A stretch of 64,000 nucleotides of DNA from a virus (lineage: Duplodnaviria > Heunggongvirae > Uroviricota > Caudoviricetes), in the IMG/VR virus record IMGVR_UViG_3300032086_002076, positions 10,351 to 74,350 of that record. One strand, 5' to 3'. Within the stretch, counting starts at the first letter, position 1. Each line of letters starts with the position of its first letter. Shown in pieces: positions 1 to 9,571 of the stretch. A program made the translations under genes and the position numbers. Below the pieces are notes generated by a model. The model ran no database searches. It had not been told where the DNA came from and was given only the letters and a program-made list of their open reading frames with translations.

Positions 1-15
1 AGGTTATTTGTGTTG

Positions 16-255
16 TCAAGCTAAAATTGTTAATTGACAGGATTTAAGTTCGTTTGACCTATGTTTATCCTTTTTAGGGTAGAGTGTGTACTCTGAAACA
101 CCCATGTATTCTTTAGACCTTTCTACTTTGACAGCATCTCGTTCAAAACCAGTACCTTCTATTAGGTAATCTAATATAGCTTTGTCTGCTACCTGAAAGT
201 TAGGGAATTCCCCTATTTTTATGTTTTTTGATGTATCTTCTAGTATTAGCTTCAT
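16..255 (-). CDS. hypothetical early protein
   Basis: Complete 79-aa ORF, collinear with the minus-strand early block. Confidence 0.4.
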   Translation of the reverse strand: MKLILEDTSKNIKIGEFPNFQVADKAILDYLIEGTGFERDAVKVERSKEYMGVSEYTLYPKKDKHRSNELKSCQLTILA

Positions 256-684
256 TTAGTAACTCCATACCCATCTTTCTTCAAGAGGTCTTGGGTCTAT
301 GTGTATGAATCTCTTACTGTGTTCACCTTTTTGACTAACCCCTATACCGTTCCAGTATTCTCCCATCTTGAAGATAGCTACGAGTATCCTAGAGGCTTTA
401 GCTCCTGAACATTTAATATCAAAAGCTGCTCTGTTGTGCCAACCTGCTTTTCCTACCTTTTTTATCTTAGCGGCTTCTATTGGATGGTATTCACACCTAA
501 AAGCAGAAGATAATGGTAATGACTCGTTAGCTATACCTCTAAGTGCTTCTAAATTTAAAAGAGCAAATACAAACTCATCACTATCATTGAATTTTGGACA
601 TCTGGGGTCTCCACAGCGACAAGCTAACTCATCGTCTGTGAAGTGGGTGACATTATAACCTAGTTTTTGGTAATGCTCTGACAT
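256..684 (-). CDS. peptidase M15-like (L-alanyl-D-glutamate / D-Ala-D-Ala peptidase family), possible endolysin
   Basis: Zn-ligand-like motifs: WHNRAAFD (H..D) and a C-terminal HID. Size 142 aa. Confidence 0.5.
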   Translation of the reverse strand: MSEHYQKLGYNVTHFTDDELACRCGDPRCPKFNDSDEFVFALLNLEALRGIANESLPLSSAFRCEYHPIEAAKIKKVGKAGWHNRAAFDIKCSGAKASRILVAIFKMGEYWNGIGVSQKGEHSKRFIHIDPRPLEERWVWSY

Positions 685-687
685 AGG

Positions 688-1194
688 TTACTCTCTTTTG
701 GTTAATAGAGATAACACTTCGTTTTTAAGTTTTGCAAATGCTAATTCTCTATCTACTTCAATTTCTGGATGTGAATCTAAAATCTTAATAAGAGCTTTCT
801 TAGATTTAGTTTCATTAACTAGAGATAGTGTGTCTTTTTCTTCTTGTACAACAACTTCTGTACCTTCTTCAGTGACCTGAATAGTAGACTCATCGTTACC
901 GTCAGTAGTGTCAGTAGTATCATCAGAAGAACTATCAGAGTCTGTATCAGAGCTTCCGTTATCTTCCCCAGAAGAATCTTTATCTTTTCCTTCACCGTCT
1001 TTATCTCCGTCATCTTTGTCTTCTTCAATAACTTCTTCTTCTAGTACAAAGTCTGCATACTTGTTAGTATTAACACCTGTGAAGAAAACACTGCTTTCAT
1101 CTAGTTCATAACCTTTCTTAACCAGATTAACGATATCTTTAATAAATTCTACAGGGTCATACCTGTTTACTTTTACTCTTGTAATCTTACTCAC
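688..1194 (-). CDS. hypothetical acidic protein (D/E/S-rich centre)
   Basis: 168-aa ORF in the collinear block with a low-complexity acidic stretch. Confidence 0.45.
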   Translation of the reverse strand: MSKITRVKVNRYDPVEFIKDIVNLVKKGYELDESSVFFTGVNTNKYADFVLEEEVIEEDKDDGDKDGEGKDKDSSGEDNGSSDTDSDSSSDDTTDTTDGNDESTIQVTEEGTEVVVQEEKDTLSLVNETKSKKALIKILDSHPEIEVDRELAFAKLKNEVLSLLTKRE

Positions 1195-1643
1195 TATTTT
1201 AAATCCTCTATAAATTGTTTAATCATATTTTCTACTTTCTGGTTCTTTCTAAGTTTAACACCAAAATTTGAGGCATATTCAGCAAGCTCGTCTTTTGTTT
1301 CAAATGTTTTAACTAAGTCCCAGTCAGGTAAACCTTTTTGATTTTCCTGTTTAGATACTTCTTTAAGTTCTTCCAAGTCTTCATTTTCTTGGAATTCTTC
1401 ATCTTTGTAAGAAAAACCTTCTTGAGGCTTTATCAAGGTCGCTGTCTTGTAAATCGTAGAAACTCTAGCAGTATTGGGTACGTAAATGTAACCTTCCTGT
1501 ACTTTCTTCTGAAATTCTGACATGAATTTGTCTACAAATGATGTGAATATTGTTTCTTCTTTAAGACACTCTTGTGGAGTATCCTCTTCTATGTTTTCTG
1601 ACATTATTCCTCCTGTTTTAAAAATCATATAAAATGATAACAT
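1194..1643 (-). CDS. hypothetical protein
   Basis: 149-aa ORF; its start overlaps the downstream gene's stop (ATGA-type coupling). Confidence 0.5.
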   Translation of the reverse strand: MLSFYMIFKTGGIMSENIEEDTPQECLKEETIFTSFVDKFMSEFQKKVQEGYIYVPNTARVSTIYKTATLIKPQEGFSYKDEEFQENEDLEELKEVSKQENQKGLPDWDLVKTFETKDELAEYASNFGVKLRKNQKVENMIKQFIEDLK

Positions 1644-1714
1644 TAAAACATAATTTTGTCAAGGATTTTATTACGCGTTGCGAAACAGGGGTTAGGGTAA
1701 CCCCCATAATTATT

Positions 1715-2206
1715 TTATATTAAATCTAGAAAAGATAACAAAACACTTGCAAATAAAATAAATATAACCACAGACACCCCAACAAATACGCTCTTAGAGA
1801 CATCTTCATTAATTTGATGGTACTCCTGCATATAACTTTTAGCTTCTTCTGCAATCAATCTGTGGTCTTCCCACTGATGTCTTACTCTACTTAGTAGTTT
1901 TACATACTCTTCTTCATTCAATTTATTATGAGGACTTAAGTAATAACCTTGTGGATTAAACTCAAAACCTTGTACATTTCTTATAAAATCACCTTCACAG
2001 TTAATGTGAATAATCTCAAGCTCTTGTAAGAAGATGGTTCCTTTATTCTTCTTAACTGTTGAAACATCCACCATTAATTTGATGAGACTGTTAAAGTTAC
2101 CTCTACTAGTGATGTAAAAGAACCTAGTATTCGATACAGAACCTGAGTTCAGTAACCTCTTATATTCTAATATCTTCCCAAGCACTTCTGTTGTATTATC
2201 CCACAT
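1715..2206 (-). CDS. hypothetical protein with C-terminal TM helix
   Basis: 163-aa ORF with a hydrophobic C-terminus (VVIFILFASVLLSFL). Confidence 0.45.
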   Translation of the reverse strand: MWDNTTEVLGKILEYKRLLNSGSVSNTRFFYITSRGNFNSLIKLMVDVSTVKKNKGTIFLQELEIIHINCEGDFIRNVQGFEFNPQGYYLSPHNKLNEEEYVKLLSRVRHQWEDHRLIAEEAKSYMQEYHQINEDVSKSVFVGVSVVIFILFASVLLSFLDLI

Positions 2207-2498
2207 CTTTCTTAGGCTCCTTAAAATTCTCTACCAATAAAACCCAAATATCATATTTGAGGAAAGGGAAAGCTTCTGTGAATAAATCTTCTCTAGTTAG
2301 AGATAACTTAGCCATCTCCCACTTACTAACCTTAAAACCTGTCTTCTCAACCACCTGCTCATACCTTGTACAAGCTAACCAGAATAAGATAGGTTTCCAG
2401 AAACGATTAGATTTATCTGCTGGACTCTTTTGCTCTCTCATAACATGGTACATGTAATATGGAGTTCTTCTAAATGCTAAATAAAATAATTTACCCAT
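2196..2498 (-). CDS. hypothetical protein
   Basis: 100-aa ORF collinear with its neighbours; preferred over the overlapping plus-strand ORF 2191..2457. Confidence 0.4.
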   Translation of the reverse strand: MGKLFYLAFRRTPYYMYHVMREQKSPADKSNRFWKPILFWLACTRYEQVVEKTGFKVSKWEMAKLSLTREDLFTEAFPFLKYDIWVLLVENFKEPKKDVG

Positions 2499-2691
2499 GA
2501 GGAATAAACCCCCTGTAATCCCCAGTATATGGGTCTAAAAATACTGTACCCTCTTCAGTAGGAAAACTAACACTATGAGGTTGCTCTAAGTCTTCCAAAG
2601 ACGACAAATAATTACCAAACGCTTTTTGAACCTCTAAAATATCCTCTTCAGGGATAAAATCCCCCCTATATAAACCTCTCTCTTGAATCAT
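2491..2691 (-). CDS. hypothetical protein
   Basis: 66-aa ORF with start/stop overlaps to both neighbours. Confidence 0.35.
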   Translation of the reverse strand: MIQERGLYRGDFIPEEDILEVQKAFGNYLSSLEDLEQPHSVSFPTEEGTVFLDPYTGDYRGFIPHG

Positions 2692-2882
2692 AATATCTCC
2701 TCTTTATAACAGCCACAAGGCCAACAAGTTAGGTGATTACCTTCAATTAATTCATAATTGACCTCTGAACCACACTTTGAACAACCCTCTCTAAACCTGA
2801 TTACACGCATATTGTAACTCCTCTCGTTACACTTAAACATGTTAATTTTACTACAAATAACACCAAAATCTTCTTCTGACAT
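2688..2882 (-). CDS. small zinc-ribbon protein
   Basis: CxxC...CxxC...CxxC cysteine pattern in 64 aa. Confidence 0.4.
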   Translation of the reverse strand: MSEEDFGVICSKINMFKCNERSYNMRVIRFREGCSKCGSEVNYELIEGNHLTCWPCGCYKEEIL

Positions 2883-2990
2883 GGTAAAAGTCCTCTAAAA
2901 TAGACATTTAACCCTCCTACAATGACTTAAGTGGTCATTTCTTTCATTTTTGGTATAAAAAGCTTACTTTTAACTCTTTTTCGTAATAAT

Positions 2991-3236
2991 TTAGTCTTCA
3001 ATAACTAATTCCTCTATCTTTTCTTTCCAAACAATACCATTATCATCTAATAAACCTCTAAGTCTAGTTATTTCAGAATATAGACATTGTTGCGTTAGAT
3101 TATTACTCTCTCTGTCTGATAAAAGAGTAGAATCTGCTATTTTAGCTAATTCTATCATGTGTCTTTCAGACCGCTTACCGTTGTATAGGTAATTCTTCAT
3201 TGTTCTTGTGAAAAAACCTTCTTTTTTATTCTCCAA
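2991..3236 (-). CDS. hypothetical protein
   Basis: 81-aa ORF. Confidence 0.4.
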   Translation of the reverse strand: MENKKEGFFTRTMKNYLYNGKRSERHMIELAKIADSTLLSDRESNNLTQQCLYSEITRLRGLLDDNGIVWKEKIEELVIED

Positions 3237-3420
3237 AGCTAATAATCTCCTCTAGTTTTAATCTTGAGTACTTGATAGGTCGATAACCTTTACACTTTCT
3301 AGCATAGGAACCATCGTTAGAGACATTGTAGTCAAATTTACCACAAATACCGTCTCTGTTTCTACCCCAACCAGCTATCTTCTTGTAAAAAGCACAATTA
3401 CCACACCTTCTCTGTCTCAT
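3226..3420 (-). CDS. small Cys-rich (zinc-binding?) protein
   Basis: CGNC...C...C...C pattern in 64 aa. Confidence 0.4.
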   Translation of the reverse strand: MRQRRCGNCAFYKKIAGWGRNRDGICGKFDYNVSNDGSYARKCKGYRPIKYSRLKLEEIISFGE

Positions 3421-3580
3421 ACTAATATCTCCTAATTAATTTAGAAATACCATGATATCACCTAAAAAGGTATTTGTCAATGTATCACTATAATCACTAT
3501 CTATATAAGTAGTGTTTTACTAGTTTTTGTTAAAAATCACTAAAATAATCACTTTATTTCATTTATTTTAATAAATATCC

Positions 3581-3609
3581 TTGACAAAGGTTATTTTCCA
3601 TGCTACCCT
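3581..3609 (+). promoter_or_regulatory. TTGACA-N17-TACCCT element, copy 1 (13-nt core tccatgctaccct)
   Basis: Sequence ccTTGACAaaggttattttccatgcTACCCT. The same 13-nt core with an identically spaced TTGACA recurs at 14531..14559. No plus-strand gene lies downstream here. Confidence 0.35.
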
Positions 3610-3947
3610 ATACCTATCTTTCGAGGTAGTTAAGCGAGAGATTTTTAAAGGACACTTAAAAAGACTCTTTATAGAATATTTTATGAATCACTAATACAAA
3701 GACTCTTTTTTATCACTACGTTCTTGTATAAGAGTTTTCTCATCTAGAGGAAACCTTATAAACACTTAGAGATTATTAGTTAAAACCTTATGAATATTTA
3801 TAGATTCATTTATAGATACTTATAAGGTACTTAATAAACATAGTGATACCTAAACTCACTAACACCCATACTAACCTAAGAAACCTATAAAGGTACTTTA
3901 ACTACCTAAAAAGTACCTTAAAGTGACTATTAAGGGGAATTAATTAC

Positions 3948-4349
3948 CTATCTAGGACTACACTTAGGACAAGGACAAGCTATACCTGCTATTTTATATA
4001 AACCTGTTTGGTTAAATTCATCTTTAATACATGTATCTTCAAAAGTCTTGTCATCTAGTAAGTTATTACCTAGGTTCCAAGGTTGTTCCCATTCTTCATA
4101 ACTCTTAAACTTGAGAGGTGTACCCTCTTCTCCATAACGTCTAAGTTCAAATGGTGTAAGTTCCCATAAATTAAAAGGGTTAATTTTATCTAAACCTTCA
4201 ATATCTAATACATCTTCCTTCGTATCCAGTATATGAGCCAACACATCTACCAACACTTCCATTGTAGACCTATCTACCTCCCTACCATCAATATCCTCTA
4301 CAAGAGGGACTGGTAACCCTCTTTCTCTTACTAAATCTTGTATTCTCAT
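3948..4349 (-). CDS. hypothetical protein (C-terminal CPCPKC motif)
   Basis: 133-aa ORF. Confidence 0.45.
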   Translation of the reverse strand: MRIQDLVRERGLPVPLVEDIDGREVDRSTMEVLVDVLAHILDTKEDVLDIEGLDKINPFNLWELTPFELRRYGEEGTPLKFKSYEEWEQPWNLGNNLLDDKTFEDTCIKDEFNQTGLYKIAGIACPCPKCSPR

Positions 4350-4669
4350 AAAAATTCCCCCTCTAAGGCTTTCTTTAACTTCTCTATTCTTCTATCTCTC
4401 ATACCTAGAAGTTTATCATACTCTCCATCTTCGTAATATTGTCTAAAATAGGAGAAAGCATTTAAATATACAATACTTCCTACACAATCTTCACCTGATA
4501 CACCCCACAACCCCAATTTACACTCTATTAAAATATTACCTTTTATTAGAGGGTCTTTCCTCAAATCAACACATTCTACAAACTTCTTTAAATCAGACAT
4601 TACTTTCCTCCAAAACTTGCACCTAATACAAATAACGCTAAAAACATATAAGCCATAACAACACACCAA
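4346..4669 (-). CDS. hypothetical protein
   Basis: 107-aa ORF overlapping its neighbour by 4 nt. Confidence 0.4.
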   Translation of the reverse strand: MVCCYGLYVFSVICIRCKFWRKVMSDLKKFVECVDLRKDPLIKGNILIECKLGLWGVSGEDCVGSIVYLNAFSYFRQYYEDGEYDKLLGMRDRRIEKLKKALEGEFL

Positions 4670-5277
4670 ATAAAATTTGAACCCTCTAATACCTTAATTA
4701 CTGATGTCTTAATTACCTTTTCTATTAAGTTTTTAAACATTCTATCTCTCCTCCTTGTTCATTAAAATAACCAGTCCATTAATAATGAACTTGAGCAATT
4801 ATTATACAGCAATACTTCCTATTTGTCAATTACTCTAAACCCTCCCTAACTCTCCTTTTTTCTATAAAATTTAATTAGTAAAGTAAAAACCTTACTATAT
4901 ATCAATATCTTAGAAATATCTACTCATTCAAATCAGTCGCTAGATACTATGAGATGGTGATTCCTGTCCTTTTGGACGACCCTCACAGTTAATTAACAGA
5001 GACCTGTAAAATGTTACCCCATTTATAGTATTTATTAGTAATTCATTCTGAGGACCACCTTTTCCCCTCAAAATTAAGTCAGAGTACCTTAAAAATCACT
5101 TTTAAGAGGTTTTAAGAAATATCTAATACTATGTGATAGGTTCTAGTGAAAGACTCATACAGGCCATTATAGAGGTTTATTTTAATGTAGTTATATTTCA
5201 TTTCATATTTACTGTCTCTGTAGTTTAGGTGTCTAGCCCTCCATAGGTCTTTGTCAATACCTTTTTATAATTTTGAA

Positions 5278-5421
5278 ATATCCACAGGTTATCCACAAGA
5301 TACTAACAGGTTATTAACAGAGTTATCCACAGATATACACCCACATATCCACAGGTTACTAACAGGTTATCCCAAGGTTACTGACAATGTTATCCACAAG
5401 TTATTCAGAGGTTTATCCACA
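5278..5421 (+). promoter_or_regulatory. cluster of seven DnaA-box-like 9-mers (candidate replication origin)
   Basis: aTATCCACA 5278-5286, TTATCCACA 5289-5297, TTATCCACA 5323-5331, aTATCCACA 5345-5353, TTATCCcAa 5367-5375, TTATCCACA 5390-5398, TTATCCACA 5413-5421. All are in the same orientation inside a 1.5-kb non-coding, AT-rich region. Confidence 0.6.
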
Positions 5422-5565
5422 GGTATAACTGGCATGTATCTTGCAGGTAATTGTTAATTCATTGTGAGTGTTAGTTAGCTATACTAATCAATATATTTAG
5501 CTATCCTAAGTAATAACCTTAGCCATACTAACTAAATAACTATGCAGTAATCATGCCAACCTATA

Positions 5566-5708
5566 TAGTTTACCTTTTGGTGTACTATTCAATCCTATTA
5601 AGTAAAGTAAAAGGTTTATTTAATATTGTACACTAAGAACTGATAATTAATTGATGGATAATTGATAAAGACTATCTAATTATTTGATAGTTTACCTTTT
5701 GGTGTACT
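5566..5708 (+). repeat. 21-bp direct repeat tagtttaccttttggtgtact (2 copies, about 100 bp apart), iteron-like
   Basis: Exact copies at 5566-5586 and 5688-5708. Further short repeats gataattRattgat (5642-5670) and cactgataa x2 (6113-6145). Confidence 0.5.
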
Positions 5709-6276
5709 GATAGATATAAGTTATGGTTATTGTAAGGTCATAGGAGGGAGCTATCAGGGGCTAGTCTATTAAATAATTCTCAACTACTTAAAAGAGTAAT
5801 TCTCAACTATGTCATAAGTACTTAACAACTACCTGATACTAACCCTATCCACTACCTACACAACCACTATTGCACTCTAATCTAATCTATGTTAGACACC
5901 CTAAAACAACCCCCTAGCACACTGAGTAATCATTGTAAACCCCACGTTTAAACACTCTGTATTGTCCTGTATCAAGACTTTAGAATGACCTATAACAATG
6001 TATTAGTGCTATTGAAATCTCTTAATCTATGAGAATTTAGCTAATTTAAAGGTCTCTATGGTGGGTATGTGGTTATGATAGGTTATTACAGGTTAATTAA
6101 GAATGAATGTAGCTATCACTGATAATTAGATGATAGTTCACTGATAAAGGTTGTTAATACATTCTAGCGATTGATTTAGAGCCTTAGATAGTAATTAATA
6201 GTTACCTTGGGGATTATTGACAGGTAATAAAAAGCCCTCGTTAGAGGGCTGTTAGAGTGGTACTTGAAAGTATTAC

Positions 6277-6471
6277 TTATTTAATTACTCTTATGCCCCT
6301 AGGAAATGCTCTCTGTAATTTTCTGGTCAAGTGTTTACAATCTTTTGTATGTAATCCACCATTACTGGTGTAACTAGATATTCTAGTAAATAGATTAGAT
6401 GCTTGACGGTCTTCTAATACCTCAGAGTTATTAAATCTATTTGCTAAGCTATTTTTGATTTTAAATGACAT
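6277..6471 (-). CDS. hypothetical protein
   Basis: 64-aa ORF. Confidence 0.4.
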   Translation of the reverse strand: MSFKIKNSLANRFNNSEVLEDRQASNLFTRISSYTSNGGLHTKDCKHLTRKLQRAFPRGIRVIK

Positions 6472-6473
6472 TT

Positions 6474-6638
6474 TTAAACACCTCGCAGGTTAAGTTCTTT
6501 CTGGACAAGTTGTAGAGTCTTCTGTGCCCTTGCTCTATTACCTTTTAAGAATCTAACACCTTTTAATCTATCTATCAGGTTAATTAGTCGTTTTTCTTCC
6601 TTAAGTAAAAATTGATTACTTTCTGTTCTAGGGTTCAT
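6474..6638 (-). CDS. small basic hypothetical protein (54 aa, absent from the ORF track)
   Basis: ATG preceded by the same AGGTGATTAAA-ATG cassette as gene 6666..7172; the stop abuts the next gene. Confidence 0.3.
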   Translation of the reverse strand: MNPRTESNQFLLKEEKRLINLIDRLKGVRFLKGNRARAQKTLQLVQKELNLRGV

Positions 6639-6665
6639 TTTAATCACCTGTTTAGTTTAGTTTGA

Positions 6666-7172
6666 TTATTCTACTAGCAAGTATCTTTCTACTAGTTCCT
6701 TTGCATGTTTCATAGAGTCGCAAGTACTACTATACAATTTAGATTGTAAAGCTCCATTTCTGAAAACTCTAATAGTCCATTTGTTACCCTTGTTATTTCT
6801 ATATATTCTTACTTTATCAATATCACTGATAAATAAATCATTATTTCTCTGTGAGTCATAAACAAACATTTTAGTAGTATTAGAATCTGGTATTAAGTTA
6901 GTTCTAGTGTACTTAATTTGCTCTCTGCTAGCTTTGTTTAGTAACTGTACTAATGATTCGATAATATTAGTTAGTAGTGTATTATCCACCCTAATACTCT
7001 TTTCCACTTCAAAGAATCTAATTGATAGAGTCAAATAGTCTATATTATCAGTGATAATGACACTCTCTATCTCTTTTGGTAATTTGTTAGTTAGTTCTAA
7101 AATAGTAGTATATTTTGGGCTAATAGAAGTTTTGAAAGTTAAAGAGTTGTTTGTATATTTCATTTTAATCAC
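6666..7172 (-). CDS. hypothetical protein
   Basis: 168-aa ORF with the RBS cassette aaacaggtgattaaaATG. Confidence 0.5.
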   Translation of the reverse strand: MIKMKYTNNSLTFKTSISPKYTTILELTNKLPKEIESVIITDNIDYLTLSIRFFEVEKSIRVDNTLLTNIIESLVQLLNKASREQIKYTRTNLIPDSNTTKMFVYDSQRNNDLFISDIDKVRIYRNNKGNKWTIRVFRNGALQSKLYSSTCDSMKHAKELVERYLLVE

Positions 7173-7191
7173 CTGTTTAGTTAAAGTTTGA

Positions 7192-7458
7192 TTAGCACAT
7201 TAAATCACATTTACTAGTTGTGTAGTCTTGTCCTTGTAGTTTGACAACTCCGTATTGGTCAGTGCCTGAGAGTTTGCACAACTCGCTAAAAGCATTGTCC
7301 ATTTGTTCTTGATAGAATTGCATACTCATAATTAGAGCTTGTTCTTTGGCTTGTTTTTCGTTAGTAGTTACTGTATTAGTAAAGTATTTCTTGCCTGAGA
7401 ACACTGCAAAACTGTTACTATTATTCAATTTTTTAGCATTATATTTCATTTTAAACAC
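7192..7458 (-). CDS. hypothetical protein (N-terminus MFKMKY, similar to the 6666..7172 product)
   Basis: 88-aa ORF with a related RBS (aggtgtttaaaATG). Confidence 0.45.
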   Translation of the reverse strand: MFKMKYNAKKLNNSNSFAVFSGKKYFTNTVTTNEKQAKEQALIMSMQFYQEQMDNAFSELCKLSGTDQYGVVKLQGQDYTTSKCDLMC

Positions 7459-7586
7459 CTAGTTATATAAGTAGTACTTGTTTAAAGTTTGGGAAAATTC
7501 CCGCCAACAATTAGAGGATAGCAAAAAAGCCCTGAATAAGTCAATACTCAGAGCTTAAATAATTAATATATTTTTAAGTTAATTAA

Positions 7587-7799
7587 TTAGTAGTAAGGTT
7601 TAAAAGCCTCATCATTGTAATCTAGTGTGTTTCCTCTGATATAGAATATTAATTCGCCTTCGTTATTGTATATAGGAGAGGCTTCCCCTTTTAAGGTTAA
7701 TACAAATTCTTTCTCGCTTGTATAGAACACAGTCCCCGCTGTATACACCCTGTCACCTAAAACTTGGTCCCTAGTTAGGTATACTTTGAAAACATCCAC
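7587..7799 (-). CDS. hypothetical protein
   Basis: 70-aa ORF. Confidence 0.4.
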   Translation of the reverse strand: MDVFKVYLTRDQVLGDRVYTAGTVFYTSEKEFVLTLKGEASPIYNNEGELIFYIRGNTLDYNDEAFKPYY

Positions 7800-8210
7800 T
7801 TATGCAACCTCCTTGAGAGTGTAGTACTCGTTATCAATGATAGAGTAGTCACCTTCGGGTCTAGTATCTACTTTGATTAAACTACCTGCGACACTATTAT
7901 TATTTTCTGATAAGAAAGAACATACACCAGAGCAGTACTCTATTAGAGCACATTCTTGATTAGTTAATTCTAGTAACTTTCTGATAAATACATGAATTAG
8001 GTTTTGTTGGTCACTATTAACACTAACTAATAGGCTAGATTCTTGATACTGTTCACCATTCTCATTTGTGTAGTGTCCTGTTATTTTCTTAGTTTTATAA
8101 TCTTTTAATAAAATAGATAAAGTATCGGTATGGTCAACCTTTCCAGTTTTATCTAAACAACCGATAAAGAAACGTCTAACTTTGAAAGCTTCTATTTGTG
8201 AGTTATTCAT
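7800..8210 (-). CDS. hypothetical protein (MNNS... N-terminus)
   Basis: 136-aa ORF preceded by a consensus promoter and the conserved UTR actcactcaataactaaggttaaaaaattATG. Confidence 0.5.
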   Translation of the reverse strand: MNNSQIEAFKVRRFFIGCLDKTGKVDHTDTLSILLKDYKTKKITGHYTNENGEQYQESSLLVSVNSDQQNLIHVFIRKLLELTNQECALIEYCSGVCSFLSENNNSVAGSLIKVDTRPEGDYSIIDNEYYTLKEVA

Positions 8211-8243
8211 AATTTTTTAACCTTAGTTATTGAGTGAGTCCTA

Positions 8244-8272
8244 AATATAATGGTTTATGACATCCTTGTCAA
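8244..8272 (-). promoter_or_regulatory. sigma70-like early promoter (TTGACA-N17-TATATT) for gene 7800..8210
   Basis: The minus strand reads TTGACAaggatgtcataaaccatTATATT with an exact 17-nt spacer. Confidence 0.6.
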
Positions 8273-8280
8273 GTATATTC

Positions 8281-8823
8281 CTAAACTATTACGTAATTAG
8301 CTTTTAATATCCCTTGATGACATTTTAAAACAAAATCCGATTCGTAAGTTTCACCTTGTATGGTAATAGGTTCAAAATCTGCTATTTCATAGAATCCGGT
8401 AAACTTGGCTAATTGGTTAACATAATCAATAGCAACTATAGAACTAGCGCTTTCATCGTTTGGTGCATAATATGAACAATCTTTAGTTATATAGACTAGT
8501 ATATAATCGCTAGCGTCAATATCATTCAAAATATTACTAAATGAATAATTACCACTTGTTAACTTGTTAAATAACTCGCTCTGTGCTTTGTACTCTTGAG
8601 AGTAAAAGATATTGTATAGAGTAATAGCTCTATCGTGTGCTATATCAATAGAATCGCATTCCTCATGCTCAAAAGTAGAATCTAAACAGTGCATAACGCA
8701 CCATTTACCATCCTCTAAAGTACCCATGTGATAAACTGAAAAGGGGTAGAATTCACCTATAGAATGGCCTCTTAATCCGCCGTGTACGTGGTCATGACCT
8801 TTAGTGATGTTTGAATTATTCAT
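8281..8823 (-). CDS. hypothetical protein (MNNS... N-terminus, shared 5' module with 7800..8210)
   Basis: 180-aa ORF whose UTR and first codons are duplicated from its neighbour. Confidence 0.5.
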   Translation of the reverse strand: MNNSNITKGHDHVHGGLRGHSIGEFYPFSVYHMGTLEDGKWCVMHCLDSTFEHEECDSIDIAHDRAITLYNIFYSQEYKAQSELFNKLTSGNYSFSNILNDIDASDYILVYITKDCSYYAPNDESASSIVAIDYVNQLAKFTGFYEIADFEPITIQGETYESDFVLKCHQGILKANYVIV

Positions 8824-8856
8824 AATTTTTTAACCTTAGTTAGTGAGTGAGTTTTG

Positions 8857-8885
8857 ATACTAAACGTTTATTAACTTACTGTCAA
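8857..8885 (-). promoter_or_regulatory. sigma70-like early promoter (TTGACA-N17-TAGTAT) for gene 8281..8823
   Basis: The minus strand reads TTGACAgtaagttaataaacgttTAGTAT, followed by ctcactcactaactaaggttaaaaaattATG. Confidence 0.55.
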
Positions 8886-8893
8886 CAACATAT

Positions 8894-9226
8894 TTAGTTA
8901 AATATAAAATACTTTTCTAAATCTTTGATAGTATAATCTCTCTCAAAGTGTGTATTGAACACTACTATACAATTTAATAGAAAACTACGTGTTATAGTCC
9001 CGTCGATATACTGTTGAAATCTAGCTTCTAAACTTAAATTCTTGTTAAATTTAAAACTGAGAAAAGGCATAACTTCCTTGTAGTCTCTTACAATCTCACC
9101 TATAGAACTTTCTGAGAAAGTAGCACATTCAATTTTAGTGACGTCATAGTCATCTTTAGAAGTAACTAAAAAATAAGGTCTAGATAATTCTTTTATTGCT
9201 CTTGCTTTCAATTCTTTTTTATTCAT
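8894..9226 (-). CDS. hypothetical protein
   Basis: 110-aa ORF. Confidence 0.45.
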   Translation of the reverse strand: MNKKELKARAIKELSRPYFLVTSKDDYDVTKIECATFSESSIGEIVRDYKEVMPFLSFKFNKNLSLEARFQQYIDGTITRSFLLNCIVVFNTHFERDYTIKDLEKYFIFN

Positions 9227-9228
9227 GA

Positions 9229-9501
9229 TTAAGCCGCTCTCTTGGTTGCTGTTAAATCTAAGTTATAAGATTGTAAAATTCTAGACTTACTGGTAATAGG
9301 TGCGTAAGTCTTAGCGCTATTAGTGTGTTTATTGGCATAGAACCAAACCCCACGATATTTAGTTGTCCACTTCTTTTGATGGTAAACAGTAACCAGAACA
9401 TAAACAGAATGATTGTTAATACTTCTGTAAAGGTAATCCGTTCGAGTTCCTTGTCTTTTTCTGGTCATAACTAATGTGTACTTGGTTTTGTTAATCTTCA
9501 T
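9229..9501 (-). CDS. hypothetical basic protein
   Basis: 90-aa ORF. Confidence 0.4.
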   Translation of the reverse strand: MKINKTKYTLVMTRKRQGTRTDYLYRSINNHSVYVLVTVYHQKKWTTKYRGVWFYANKHTNSAKTYAPITSKSRILQSYNLDLTATKRAA

Positions 9502-9571
9502 TTTGTAAATTCTCTTGATGTTTTATTAGTGAAATTAGAGATTAATCTATTTTAATTAATATGTCAAGCGT

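Noticed and set aside
368-658. 96-aa plus-strand ORF
   Set aside because: It is antisense to the M15-peptidase-like gene 256-684, which has recognisable motifs.
844-1111. Several overlapping small ORFs on both strands (819-1028 -, 844-1044 +, 908-1111 +)
   Set aside because: Low-complexity shadow ORFs inside the D/E/S-rich gene 688-1194.
2191-2457. 88-aa plus-strand ORF
   Set aside because: It overlaps the minus-strand ORF 2196-2498, which is collinear with the whole early block. Only one of them can be real, and the minus-strand one was chosen.
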